Of a stretch of 64,000 nucleotides of DNA, positions 41,250 to 50,007 are shown in pieces. The stretch spans positions 10,174-74,173 of the forward strand of contig CAZETS010000005.1 in the NCBI GenBank assembly GCA_964515335.1. The letters are read 5' to 3'. A program made the translations under genes and the position numbers. This DNA comes from an uncultured Spirochaetaceae bacterium. GTDB taxonomy: Bacteria > Myxococcota_A > UBA9160 > UBA4427. The first letter of the stretch is position 1. Every line of letters begins with the position of its first letter. The notes beneath the pieces were generated by a model. That model made no database searches, was not told where the DNA came from, and worked only from the letters and a program-made list of their open reading frames with translations.

Positions 41250-42098
41250 CTACCCGCCGGCCGCCTCGTCGCCCTTCTCGCCGAAGCGGGGGGCGTGGCG
41301 GCCGTAGACGTGGTCGCCGATCCGCTGCATGCGAGCCATCTCGTCGGCGTCGAGGGGACCGGCGTCGAGAGCGCGGATGGCTTCCTGCATCTGCTCGCGA
41401 TCGGCGGGGCCGCAGAGCACCATGCTCACGGCGGGGTTCGAGAGCGCGAACCGGTAGCAGTCCCGGGCGGGCGGCGGCTCTTCGCCGGCGGGCATCTTCT
41501 TGGGATCGAGCAGCTGCCCCCAGCGCGTCGCCGTGTAGCTGACGATGCCCGGTCGCGGCGATTCGGGGACGTGGGGGAAGACATCGCGCTCGGCGCCCCG
41601 GTTCGCCGCGTTGTAGCGCAGCATGAAGGCACCGAACGGGCTCTCCTTGGCGGCATAGCGCCGGAAGTGATCCTGCAGAGATGGGCGGTTGTGGGTGCTC
41701 ATCATCAGGTGCCGCACCTTGCCCTTCTCGACCAGGCGGCGGGCCGCATCGATCAGGGCCTGGCCGGGAGGCCGGTTCCACATGCCGAGCAGCAGGAAGT
41801 CGAAGTACTCGACGCCGCTGCGCCGCAACGCCACGTCGATCGAAGGCCCGAGCAGAGCGGCGACGCGTGTGTAGGACTGCACGGTCAGCACGACGCCCTC
41901 TCGATCGCGGCGCGCCACGTGCCGGATGGCGCGCCCGAAGGCGGGCCTGCGGATCGACCCCCAGTAGAGGTAGTTGATGCCCTGCTCGACGGCCTCCTCG
42001 ATGAACGCCGGGTCGCCGGTGAAGCTGCTGCCGATGCCGAGTCGTGAGACCCGAAGCCCGGTCTCGCCGAACGGGACCGGTGTACGGAAATCGGACAT
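41250..42098 (-). CDS. Aldo/keto reductase family oxidoreductase
   Basis: GLRVSRLGIGSS..., INYLYWG and VEYFDFLLLG patterns. The ATG at 42098 is preceded by AGGAGAA. Confidence 0.75.
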   Translation of the reverse strand: MSDFRTPVPFGETGLRVSRLGIGSSFTGDPAFIEEAVEQGINYLYWGSIRRPAFGRAIRHVARRDREGVVLTVQSYTRVAALLGPSIDVALRRSGVEYFDFLLLGMWNRPPGQALIDAARRLVEKGKVRHLMMSTHNRPSLQDHFRRYAAKESPFGAFMLRYNAANRGAERDVFPHVPESPRPGIVSYTATRWGQLLDPKKMPAGEEPPPARDCYRFALSNPAVSMVLCGPADREQMQEAIRALDAGPLDADEMARMQRIGDHVYGRHAPRFGEKGDEAAGG

Positions 42099-42171
42099 GG
42101 CGTTCTCCTGTGGTGCGTGGGGCCTGGCCGGGCAGCTTCGCGTGCGCCGGAGTCGCGTGGGCGGTCGTCCC

Positions 42172-43023
42172 CTACGGCAGCCCCGCCCCGGCCACGTCCA
42201 CCTCCACCACCTCGATGCGCCCATCGCGCTCGCGCTGGCAGTACTCGGGATTGCTGTCGCCGGCCGTGCACACCAGCAGGTGCCTGCGCTCGGGCCCGCC
42301 GAGCATGCACGCAAACGCCTGGCGCTCGACCTCCACCTTGTGGGTGATCTCGCCGCCTTCGAGGACGCGGAAGCAGCCGTGACTGACCGGCGACGCGACC
42401 CAGACGGCGCCCTCGGCGTCGAGCGCGATGCCGTCGGGCAGCACGCCGTCGAGCCGGGCCCAGACGCGGCGATTCGAGAGCGAGCCGTCGTCGGCCACGT
42501 CGAAGGCGCTCAGGCATTGGCCCATCGTCTCGCCGATGATCAGTGTGCGGCCGTCGTCGGTGATCACGGTGCCGTTCGGGAAGGCGAGATCCCCGGCCAC
42601 CACCCGCGCACCGCCGTCCGGCGTCACCAGGATCAGGTCGGCGTTGCGCCGCTCGCCGCCGCCGTGGAGATCCCAGCCGAAGTTGCCCACGTAGGCGTTG
42701 CCGCGCGCGTCGACCACCATGTCGTTGCAGTGGAAGCCGGCGAGTGGCGAGAGGTCGGCGTGCAGGACGAGCGTTCCGTCGGGCTCCATGCGGAGCACTC
42801 GCCGGTCCTGCATGGAGACGACGAGCATGCGGCCGTCGGGCAGCCAGCCGAGCCCGGAGGGGTCGTTCTCGACGAACGCGACCTCCTCGCGCTTGCCGTC
42901 GAGGTCGACGGTCAGCACGCGCTGGCTGTGCATGTCGGAGAAGTAGAGCCGCTCGTCGCGCCAGCGCGGCCCCTCTCCGAAGGCCACATCCTCGAGGAGC
43001 GTGGTCGTCCCGAGAGTCTGCAT
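42172..43023 (-). CDS. SMP-30/gluconolactonase/LRE-like beta-propeller protein
   Basis: GEGPRWRDERLYFSD, PSGLGWLPDGRMLVV, NDMVVDARGNAYVGN, FPNGTVITDDGRTLII, PDGIALDAEGAVWVA. Confidence 0.8.
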   Translation of the reverse strand: MQTLGTTTLLEDVAFGEGPRWRDERLYFSDMHSQRVLTVDLDGKREEVAFVENDPSGLGWLPDGRMLVVSMQDRRVLRMEPDGTLVLHADLSPLAGFHCNDMVVDARGNAYVGNFGWDLHGGGERRNADLILVTPDGGARVVAGDLAFPNGTVITDDGRTLIIGETMGQCLSAFDVADDGSLSNRRVWARLDGVLPDGIALDAEGAVWVASPVSHGCFRVLEGGEITHKVEVERQAFACMLGGPERRHLLVCTAGDSNPEYCQRERDGRIEVVEVDVAGAGLP

Positions 43024-43055
43024 CCTCTACTCCTCGTCGCTCGCCGGCGCCGGGA

Positions 43056-43544
43056 TCAGCTCGACGTCCGGGCGATCGTCGCGAACGCCTCGCGCACCTC
43101 GTCGGGCGCCTGGACGAGCTCGACCAGCACGCCCTCGGCTCCGATCGGGGCGGCCTCGTTGCCCTTGGGGTGGATGAAGCAGACGTCGAACCCGGCGGCG
43201 CCCTGGCGGATGCCGCCCGGCGTGAAGCGGACGCCCTGGCCCTCGAGCCACTCGACGGCGGCGGGCAGGTCGTCGATCCACAGGCCCACGTGGTTGAGTG
43301 CCGGGTCGTGCACCTTGGGCCGGCTGTCCGGGTCGATGGGCTGCATGAGGTCGACCTCTACCTTGAAGGGGCCGTCGCCCGCCTCGCAGATGTCCTCGTC
43401 GACATTCTCGCTCTCGCTCCGGTAGCTGGACGCGTACGAGAGCCCGAGGGTATCTACCCAGAAGCGCCGCAGCTTCTGCTTGTCGAGACCGCCGACCGCA
43501 ATCTGCTGGACACCGAGAACCTTGAAGGGGCGGGGGGAGGGCAA
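43056..43544 (-). CDS. VOC (glyoxalase/bleomycin-resistance/epimerase) family protein
   Basis: [25 protein letters not shown]...CFIHPKG...VLVELVQ. Confidence 0.7.
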   Translation of the reverse strand: MPSPRPFKVLGVQQIAVGGLDKQKLRRFWVDTLGLSYASSYRSESENVDEDICEAGDGPFKVEVDLMQPIDPDSRPKVHDPALNHVGLWIDDLPAAVEWLEGQGVRFTPGGIRQGAAGFDVCFIHPKGNEAAPIGAEGVLVELVQAPDEVREAFATIARTSS

Positions 43545-43587
43545 CGCACTGCTCCTTTCGCTGAGATCGTCTGAGTGGTGGGTTCGC

Positions 43588-43604
43588 TCCGCCCGCAGGG
43601 CGGA
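43588..43604 (-). terminator. Hairpin after rlmE, preceded by stop codons in all three frames
   Basis: On the minus strand: TGACTAGACTGACTGA, then TCCGCCC-tgc-GGGCGGA (7-bp stem). Confidence 0.4.
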
Positions 43605-43617
43605 TCAGTCAGTCTAG

Positions 43618-44241
43618 TCAGTCGTCACGCTCGGCGGTGCCCCGATAACCCCGTGCCAGCAGGTACCGCTCGCTGCTGCCCTTGCGGGTCGCCCCTGGCT
43701 TGACGGTCTTGACCTGCGCGAACGCCGCGCGCATCCGGCGCTGGAATTCCTGCGCCTCCGGGCAGTCGAGGAGCTTCACCAACAAGGCGCCATCCTCCCG
43801 AACCAGCAGGGGAATCAGCCCATCGACCGCCTCGAGGAGGCGCTCTTCGGCGGCCCGGTCGGTCTCGCGGATGCCGGTCAGCTTGGGGGCGGCGTCGGAC
43901 AGCAGCACGTCGCAGCGCCCGCCAAGAACTTCGCGAATGCGTTCGCAAATAGCCGGATCCTCGATGTCCCCCACCATTGCGAACACGTTCGCCAACTCGA
44001 GGGGCGGGTCGATGGCAACCCGGTCCACGCCGACCACGCGCCCCTGCGGGCCCACGGCCCGGGCCGCCTCCTGGAGCCAGCCACCCGGCCAGCAGCCGAG
44101 GTCCACCACCCGCTGGCCCTTCGCGAGCAGGCGGTGGCGGCCCTGCAGCTCGGCGAGCTTGTAGACGGCCCGCGAGCGAAAGCCCTCGCGCTTGGCACGC
44201 TGGTGGAAGTGGTCCTTGCGGTCGTAGCGGGCGACGGCGGA
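43618..44241 (-). CDS. rlmE: 23S rRNA 2'-O-ribose U2552 methyltransferase (FtsJ/RlmE); start codon unresolved
   Basis: RYDRKDHFHQRAKREGFRSRAVYKLAELQGRHRLLAKGQRVVDLGCWPGGW...VLLSDAAPKLTG...LVKLL is collinear with E. coli RlmE. The conserved N-terminal 44 codons lie between the in-frame rplC TAG (44244..44242) and the first canonical start (GTG at 44109). Confidence 0.7.
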   Translation of the reverse strand, partial: SAVARYDRKDHFHQRAKREGFRSRAVYKLAELQGRHRLLAKGQRVVDLGCWPGGWLQEAARAVGPQGRVVGVDRVAIDPPLELANVFAMVGDIEDPAICERIREVLGGRCDVLLSDAAPKLTGIRETDRAAEERLLEAVDGLIPLLVREDGALLVKLLDCPEAQEFQRRMRAAFAQVKTVKPGATRKGSSERYLLARGYRGTAERDD

Positions 44242-44889
44242 CTACTTCTTCGGTGCCACGGCGCGTCGCACACGGACGAGGCCGTTGTTGTGGCCGGGCA
44301 CGGCGCCGCGCACGAACAGCAGGTTGTTGTCGGCGTCGACGCGCACCACCTCGAGGTTCTGCACGGTCACGCGCTCGGCGCCCATGTGGCCGGCGTGCTT
44401 CTGGCCCTTCCACACCTTGGCGGGATAGGCGCCGGCGCCGATCGAGCCGGGGTGCCGGAAGTACTCGTGGGTGCCGTGGGTCTTCTTCTTGATCGCGAAG
44501 CCATGGCGCTTGACGACACCCTGGTAGCCGCGCCCCTTCGAGGTGCCGATCGCGTCGACGCGTTGCCCGGCCTCGAAGATGTCGGCCTTGATGACCTGGC
44601 CGACTTCGATCTCGCCCACCTCATCGTCGGAGAGGCGGCTCTCGGCGAGGTGCCGCTGGGGCTCTACGCCCGCCTTCGTGAAGTGGCCGGTCTCGGGCTT
44701 GTTGAAGAGGTTCGCGCGGCGCTCCCCGAAGCCGAGCTGCACCGCCGAGTAGCCGTCGGGCCCGTCGCTCTTCTTGATCTGCACGACGGTGTTCGGGCCC
44801 GCCTCGAGGACGGTGACGGGGACGGCCTCCCCGGTCTCGTTGTAGACCTGGGTCATGCCGAGCTTTCGGCACAGCAGTTCGATGGACAT
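44242..44889 (-). CDS. rplC: 50S ribosomal protein L3, located outside any S10-type ribosomal protein operon
   Basis: LLCRKLGMTQVYNETGEAVPVTVLEAGPNTVVQIK...KPETGHFTKAGVEP...GTSKGRGYQGVVKRHGF...HPGSIG...KHAGHMGAERVTVQNLEVVRVDADNNLLFVRGAVPG is collinear with E. coli L3. Confidence 0.9.
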   Translation of the reverse strand: MSIELLCRKLGMTQVYNETGEAVPVTVLEAGPNTVVQIKKSDGPDGYSAVQLGFGERRANLFNKPETGHFTKAGVEPQRHLAESRLSDDEVGEIEVGQVIKADIFEAGQRVDAIGTSKGRGYQGVVKRHGFAIKKKTHGTHEYFRHPGSIGAGAYPAKVWKGQKHAGHMGAERVTVQNLEVVRVDADNNLLFVRGAVPGHNNGLVRVRRAVAPKK

Positions 44890-45132
44890 GGTGGGACTCC
44901 CGACTCCGTCGATTGGACCACCCGAAGGGTGTTCGTCGCGGGTCTGCGAGGGGATTGTCTGACTGCCTGTCCGGGCGGGGGCACGCCTTGCACGCAACCA
45001 CCCGCCCCGTTGCGGGGTCCCGAGTCCTGCTAGCCTCGGCTGCCCGCATCGCCGGCCCGGGCTCCCGGCCCGGATGGCATCCACCCGGCCTGGCTGCCCG
45101 GGGGGGCCGCAATATAGGAAGACGCACCCCGG

Positions 45133-46836
45133 ATGTCCAGGCGACCGTCGAGTCGAGAGCCGAGCCGACCCGCCGGCGTCCGGCCCCTGCTCGTCCTCGC
45201 CCTCGACGGCGCCACCTTCGACGTGATCCGGCCCCTGGCGGCCGCCGGGCGGCTCCCCAACCTCGCCCGCTGGATCGACGAGGGCAACGCCGGGACTCTC
45301 GCCTCGACGACGCCGCCCGTCACCTTTCCCGCCTGGACGACCTTCATGACAGGCCTCTCCCCGGGCCACCACGGCGTCTTCGACTTCACGCAGAAGGTGC
45401 CGGGCGCCTACCGGATCCGCTTCGTGAACGCCTCGGACCGGGTCGGCGAGACGATCTTCGCCGGCGCGGCCCGGGCCGGCGGACGCGTGCTGGTGCTCGG
45501 CATGCCGGCCAGCCATCCCGTCGAGCAGCTGCCCGGCCTGTTCGTGCCGGGCTTCGACGCGCCGGTCTCGACCGGCAGCGACGCCGAGGCGACCAGCGAC
45601 CCGGACCTCTATCGCCGCATCGCGGCTCGCGCCGGGCCCTGGATGCGCCCCGACATCGACGAGTCCGCGCAGGGCGACGACTTCGCGGAGCGGGCCGTCG
45701 GAACGCTGCTGGCCCGTGTCGAGCGGAAGAAGCGCTTCGCGTTGGCGGCCCTCGACGAGATGAAGCGGCGCGACGGCGTGCGTCCCGATCTGGTCACCAT
45801 CGTGTTCGCCGAAAGCGACACCGTCGGCCACCACTACTGGCGCGACCACGACCCGAAAAGCCCGCGGCACGACCCCGCCGCCTCCCCGGCCCGCCGGGAC
45901 GCGATCGCGGCGGTGTACGGCGCGCTCGACACGGCTTGCGGTGAGATCCGCGACGCCTACGGGGACGACGCCGCGTGCCTGGTCGTCTCGGACCACGGCA
46001 TGGGGGGCGCGGCCCGCGAGATCGTCCACCTGAACCGGCACCTCCGCGACTGCGGGCTGCTGGCCCGGCGCTCCGAGCGCGCCACCGCCTTCGACGCGCT
46101 GGCCCGCACCGCCCGCGACACCGCGCTGCGCGTGCTTCCAGCGGCGCTCGCCCAGCGCATCTTCCGGCGCGCTCGCGGTGCGGCGGCGCGGCTCGAGAGC
46201 GCCGCCCGCTTCGGCGGAATCGACTGGTCGCGCACGCTCGCGTTCTCCGAGGAGGCCAATACCCTGCCGGGCGTGTGGATCAACCTGGCCGGCCGCGAGG
46301 CCGCGGGCTGCGTGGCGCCCGGCGACTACGAGAAGACGCGGGACCGCGTCATCGATGCCCTGGCGGGATGGCGGCTTCCCGGCGGCGGGCCCGTGGTCGC
46401 CCGGGCGGTCCGGCGCGAAGAGGTCTACTCGGGGCCGTTCGTCGACCGTGCCCCCGATGTGCTGGTCGAGCTCGCCCTCTCCCGGGGCTACGGTCTCTCG
46501 CTCGTTCCGACGCCCTGGGCGGCGGCGACCAGCGACTCGGCGCGAACGCTGTCCGAAGCCGAGCTGGCCGGAGGACGCGGGCGCGGCATGAACGGAACCC
46601 ATCGCAGCGACGGCATCCTGATCGACGTGCGAAAAAATGCGAACGACGAACAGGAACCGAGAAATCCGGCCCTGCCCGCCCGGCTGGCGGACGTCGCGCC
46701 CTTGATGGCGGACCTGATGGGGCTCGACTGGCGACCCGCGGCGGCGTCACCGGGCGACGGTCAGCGACGCGACTACACGGACGAGGAGGACGCCATCGTG
46801 GCGGGCCGGCTGCGCGCGCTGGGGTACCTCGAGTGA
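45133..46836 (+). CDS. Alkaline-phosphatase-superfamily enzyme (type I phosphodiesterase / nucleotide pyrophosphatase family)
   Basis: LLVLALDGATFD...TTPPVTFPAWTTFMTGLSPGHHGVFDF and IVFAESDTVGHHYW...LVVSDHGMG (metal-ligand blocks of the AP superfamily). Confidence 0.7.
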   Translation: MSRRPSSREPSRPAGVRPLLVLALDGATFDVIRPLAAAGRLPNLARWIDEGNAGTLASTTPPVTFPAWTTFMTGLSPGHHGVFDFTQKVPGAYRIRFVNASDRVGETIFAGAARAGGRVLVLGMPASHPVEQLPGLFVPGFDAPVSTGSDAEATSDPDLYRRIAARAGPWMRPDIDESAQGDDFAERAVGTLLARVERKKRFALAALDEMKRRDGVRPDLVTIVFAESDTVGHHYWRDHDPKSPRHDPAASPARRDAIAAVYGALDTACGEIRDAYGDDAACLVVSDHGMGGAAREIVHLNRHLRDCGLLARRSERATAFDALARTARDTALRVLPAALAQRIFRRARGAAARLESAARFGGIDWSRTLAFSEEANTLPGVWINLAGREAAGCVAPGDYEKTRDRVIDALAGWRLPGGGPVVARAVRREEVYSGPFVDRAPDVLVELALSRGYGLSLVPTPWAAATSDSARTLSEAELAGGRGRGMNGTHRSDGILIDVRKNANDEQEPRNPALPARLADVAPLMADLMGLDWRPAAASPGDGQRRDYTDEEDAIVAGRLRALGYLE

Positions 46837-47594
46837 GCGGCGCGCTCTCGCAACCGGGCGACCGCCCGAAGCTCTCGCTGGTGTTCCCCGTCTTCGACGA
46901 GGCGGCGAACGTCGGGGAGGTGATCGAGAGCGCCTGCGTGATCGGCGCGCAGCTCGTCGAGCGCTTCGAGGTCGTGGTGGTCGACGACGGCTCGCGGGAC
47001 GGCAGCGCCGACATCATCGACGCCTGGTCGGCGAGCGACGCGCGGGTTCGCGCGGTGCGGCACGGCGCGAACGCGGGCTACGGGGCGGCGCTGCGCTCGG
47101 GGCTGACCGCCGCCCGCGGCGAGCTGGTATTCTTCAGCGACGCCGACCTGCAGTTCGACCTGGCCGAGCTCGCCCGTCTGCTCCGCCACACCCGCGACTT
47201 CGACATCGTGGCCGGCTATCGCTCGCCGCGGTGCGACCCGTGGCCGCGCATCGTCATCGCCCGGGTCTGGGCGGCGCTGGTGCGCGTGCTCTTCGGCTTG
47301 CGGGTGCGCGACATCGACTGCGCGTTCAAGGTGTTCCACCGGCGCGTCGTCGACGAGCTGCCGCTCTCTTCGGTCGGCGCGTTCATCAACACCGAGCTGC
47401 TGGTGCGCGCCCGCGCGGCCGGGTTCCGCATCCAGCAGGTTCCGGTCAGCCACCGTCGGCGGCTCCGCGGTCGGCAGACCGGCGCGAGCCCCCGGGTGAT
47501 CGCGCGCGCGGCGGTCGAGCTGGCGCGCCTGTATCGCACCTTGCGCACGCCGCCGGTGGGCGGGCGCGCGGCCTCGCGGGCCGAGTCGGAGTGA
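46833..47594 (+). CDS. Family-2 glycosyltransferase (dolichyl/polyprenyl-phosphate hexosyltransferase-like)
   Basis: LSLVFPVFDEAANVGEVI...VVVVDDGSRDGSADI...NAGYGAALRSG...FFSDADLQFD. The GTG start at 46833 overlaps the upstream stop (GTGA). Confidence 0.85.
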   Translation: MSGALSQPGDRPKLSLVFPVFDEAANVGEVIESACVIGAQLVERFEVVVVDDGSRDGSADIIDAWSASDARVRAVRHGANAGYGAALRSGLTAARGELVFFSDADLQFDLAELARLLRHTRDFDIVAGYRSPRCDPWPRIVIARVWAALVRVLFGLRVRDIDCAFKVFHRRVVDELPLSSVGAFINTELLVRARAAGFRIQQVPVSHRRRLRGRQTGASPRVIARAAVELARLYRTLRTPPVGGRAASRAESE

Positions 47595-48769
47595 CGTCGC
47601 GCCCGTCGGCGCGCCGCGACGAGATCGCGCTGGCGCTCCTCGGCGCGTTTCCGTTTCCGCTGCCCCAGGGCTCGCAGATCTTCATGGCCGACCAGGCCCG
47701 CGCACTCGCGCGGGCGGGCGCACGGCCGACGCTCTTCACCTACGGGCGCGGACAGGGAGCCCCGCCGCCCGATCTCGACGTCGCGGCCGCGCCCGCCTGG
47801 ACGACACCGCGCGCGATGCGATCGGGACCCAACGCCGGCAAGCCGTTGGCCGACAGCGCACTGCTCGCAACCTGGACGCGCGCGGCCTCGCGGCAGCGCT
47901 TCGCGTTCGCGCTGGCCCACAACGTCGAGGCGGCCTGGATCGGGCTGCTGGCGAGGGCGAGAACCCGCGTGCCGGTCGTCTACGTCGCCCATACGCTGCT
48001 TCGTCACGAGCTCTCCGCCTACGCGCACCCGCGCTGGCGCAGGGTCCTCGATCGCACGGGTGCGCGCATCGATCACTTCGTGGCGCGGCACGCGGACGCC
48101 GTGCTGGCGCTCTGCGAAGAGGCCGCCGACGAGCTGGCCCCGCACGCACGCGGTCCGGTCGCAGTGATTCCGCCCGGACACGATCCGGCCGGGCCGCCGT
48201 CTTCCGCGGCGATCGACCGGGTCTGCGCGCACCACGATCTGCGCCCGCATGCGTTCTTCCTCTACACCGGAAACCTCGACGGCTACCAGGAGCTCGAGCT
48301 GCTCGCGGCGGCCGCGGGGCGACTCCCGGCGGGCGCACCGCCGGTCGCGGTTGCGACCCACGACGCGCCGGCCGCCGCCGCCGCGGCGCGCAGGCTCTCT
48401 CCGCTTCGCATCGTGTCGGTGAGCGCCTGGGACGAGATGCGCGCGCTCATACACGCCGCACGGGCGCTCGTGCTGACGCGCCGCCGGCCCGGCGGCTTCC
48501 CCGTCAAGCTGCTCAACTACATGGAGGCGGCACGGCCGATCGTCGCCTTCGAGCAGGTCGCCGTGGGGCTCCGGGACGGCGAGTCGGCCCGCCTGCTCGA
48601 CGCCGCCGCCGGGGCCGCGGACCTCGCCAGCGCGCTCACCGGCCTCGATCGCGAACCCGCGGCCGCCGAGCGGCTCGGCGCGGCCGCGCACCGGCACCTG
48701 CTCGACCATCACGGCTGGGAGGCGATCGCGCAGCGCACCCTCGAGCTGCTCGCGAAGCTTCGCGACTAG
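47591..48769 (+). CDS. GT-B-fold glycosyltransferase (GT4-like)
   Basis: FPFPLPQGSQIFMADQARALARAGA... at the N-terminus and C-terminal ...VLTRRRPGGFPVKLLNYMEAARPIVA (E-x7-E-like region). The GTG start overlaps the GT2 stop (GTGA). Confidence 0.7.
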   Translation: MTSRPSARRDEIALALLGAFPFPLPQGSQIFMADQARALARAGARPTLFTYGRGQGAPPPDLDVAAAPAWTTPRAMRSGPNAGKPLADSALLATWTRAASRQRFAFALAHNVEAAWIGLLARARTRVPVVYVAHTLLRHELSAYAHPRWRRVLDRTGARIDHFVARHADAVLALCEEAADELAPHARGPVAVIPPGHDPAGPPSSAAIDRVCAHHDLRPHAFFLYTGNLDGYQELELLAAAAGRLPAGAPPVAVATHDAPAAAAAARRLSPLRIVSVSAWDEMRALIHAARALVLTRRRPGGFPVKLLNYMEAARPIVAFEQVAVGLRDGESARLLDAAAGAADLASALTGLDREPAAAERLGAAAHRHLLDHHGWEAIAQRTLELLAKLRD

Positions 48770-49254
48770 TCGCCCGGCAGCGGCGGATCGATGCGGCCCG
48801 TCCGCTCGAGCCGCGCCAGAACGCTCCCCTCGGCGTCGAGCAGCTCGAGGGCTTCGTCGCGGACCCGCCAACCCACCACCGCTTCGAGCGCCTCGAAGTA
48901 GCGGCTCTCGACTTCGTCTGCCGGCGGCCCGCACGCCATCCGCGTACTGGCCAGCGGCCCGAACGAGATCGCATCGCCGTCGATCGTGTAGCGGCCCGTC
49001 ATGCGGTTGCAGCCCGCGAAGCCGCTGGCGCGTGCAGCCGCCGCGTCGAGCAACAGCGTCGGGGCGCGGTTCGCGTGCAGCCGCGGCACCGGCCGACCGT
49101 CGAGTTCGGCGACGCGCCAGACCGTATCGACCGGCGGCTCGCCCGGGCCCACGAGCGACGCGCAGCCGGCCAGCGCGAGCAGCGCGACGGCCGCAAAGAC
49201 GCGGGGCGAGCGCAGCTTCGTGGATCCCCGACCGCGCCTCCCGAAGACGATCAC
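48766..49254 (-). CDS. META-domain (HslJ-like) lipoprotein
   Basis: Lipobox LLALAGC, then WRVAELDGRPV...ASGFAGCNRMTGRYTIDGDAISFGPLASTRMAC...ESRYFEAL. A GTG start at 49254 is assumed. Confidence 0.7.
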   Translation of the reverse strand: MIVFGRRGRGSTKLRSPRVFAAVALLALAGCASLVGPGEPPVDTVWRVAELDGRPVPRLHANRAPTLLLDAAAARASGFAGCNRMTGRYTIDGDAISFGPLASTRMACGPPADEVESRYFEALEAVVGWRVRDEALELLDAEGSVLARLERTGRIDPPLPGD

Positions 49255-49312
49255 CGGCGGATGCGGGGGCAGCGGTCTCTGCACGGCGAAAGGCCTCGAG
49301 CCCCGTCGCCGC

Positions 49313-49951
49313 TCAGCCGGCGCGCCGGAGTGCGTCGGCGACCACCTCGAGCCGGTCGTTGCCGAAGTACATGTCGTCGCCGTCGACGAACATCGTGGGC
49401 GACCCGAAGCCACCGCGCGCGATCAGCTCGTCGGTGGCATCGCGGAGCCTCTGCTTGCAGGCCGGCTCCGCGATCTTCTCGAGCAGCTCGTCCGGGTCGA
49501 GGCCGACCTGCTCGGCGATGCCGCGCACGACGTGGTCCTGCGAGATGTCCGCGAGGTTGCCCCAATAAGCCTCGAAGGCCGCGCGTGCGAACGCCACCAG
49601 GCGCCCGTGCTCGGCGGCCACCGAACAGCCGCGCATCACCTTCACGCTGTTGACGGGAAAGACCGTAGGCTGACCGATCACGAGTCCCGTCGAGCGCGCC
49701 CAGTCGGCGAGGTCCTTGAAGTAGTACTTCGCCTTGCGGCCGGCCGCGCTCGTCTCGCCCTGGGCGAGCCGCTCGGGGATCTTCGCCCGCTGCTCGTAGA
49801 CGTCCCGGTTGATCGCGTTGAAGACGCCACCGACGAGGATCGGACGCCACACGATCTCGGCGCCCGTGTGCTCCACGATCGGCTGCACGCGATGGAAGGC
49901 CAGATACGTCCAGGGGCTCGAGCAGTCGAAGAAGAACTCGAGGCGCGGCAT
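49313..49951 (-). CDS. DsbA-family / 2-hydroxychromene-2-carboxylate isomerase-like protein
   Basis: LEFFFDCSSPWTYLAF...WRPILVGGVFN...GFGSPTMFVDGDDMYFGNDRL. Confidence 0.8.
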   Translation of the reverse strand: MPRLEFFFDCSSPWTYLAFHRVQPIVEHTGAEIVWRPILVGGVFNAINRDVYEQRAKIPERLAQGETSAAGRKAKYYFKDLADWARSTGLVIGQPTVFPVNSVKVMRGCSVAAEHGRLVAFARAAFEAYWGNLADISQDHVVRGIAEQVGLDPDELLEKIAEPACKQRLRDATDELIARGGFGSPTMFVDGDDMYFGNDRLEVVADALRRAG

Positions 49952-50007
49952 GCGGGCACGCTAGCAGGCGGGTGCCGAAAGCGGGCCGGCCTGCTTCGGG
50001 TCGCGGG

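Noticed and set aside
44917-44931. A small hairpin (CACCC-uuc-GGGUG, or a cUUCGg register) in the rplC 5' leader, read as an autoregulatory ribosomal-protein leader
   Set aside because: It has only 5 bp in an ambiguous register, and I could recognise no similarity to the S10-leader structure. It is too weak to report as a feature.
48766-48769. Convergent GT4 and META-domain genes share the palindrome CTAG as overlapping stop codons
   Set aside because: This is a neat observation but a trivial consequence of tight convergent packing. No functional implication can be supported.
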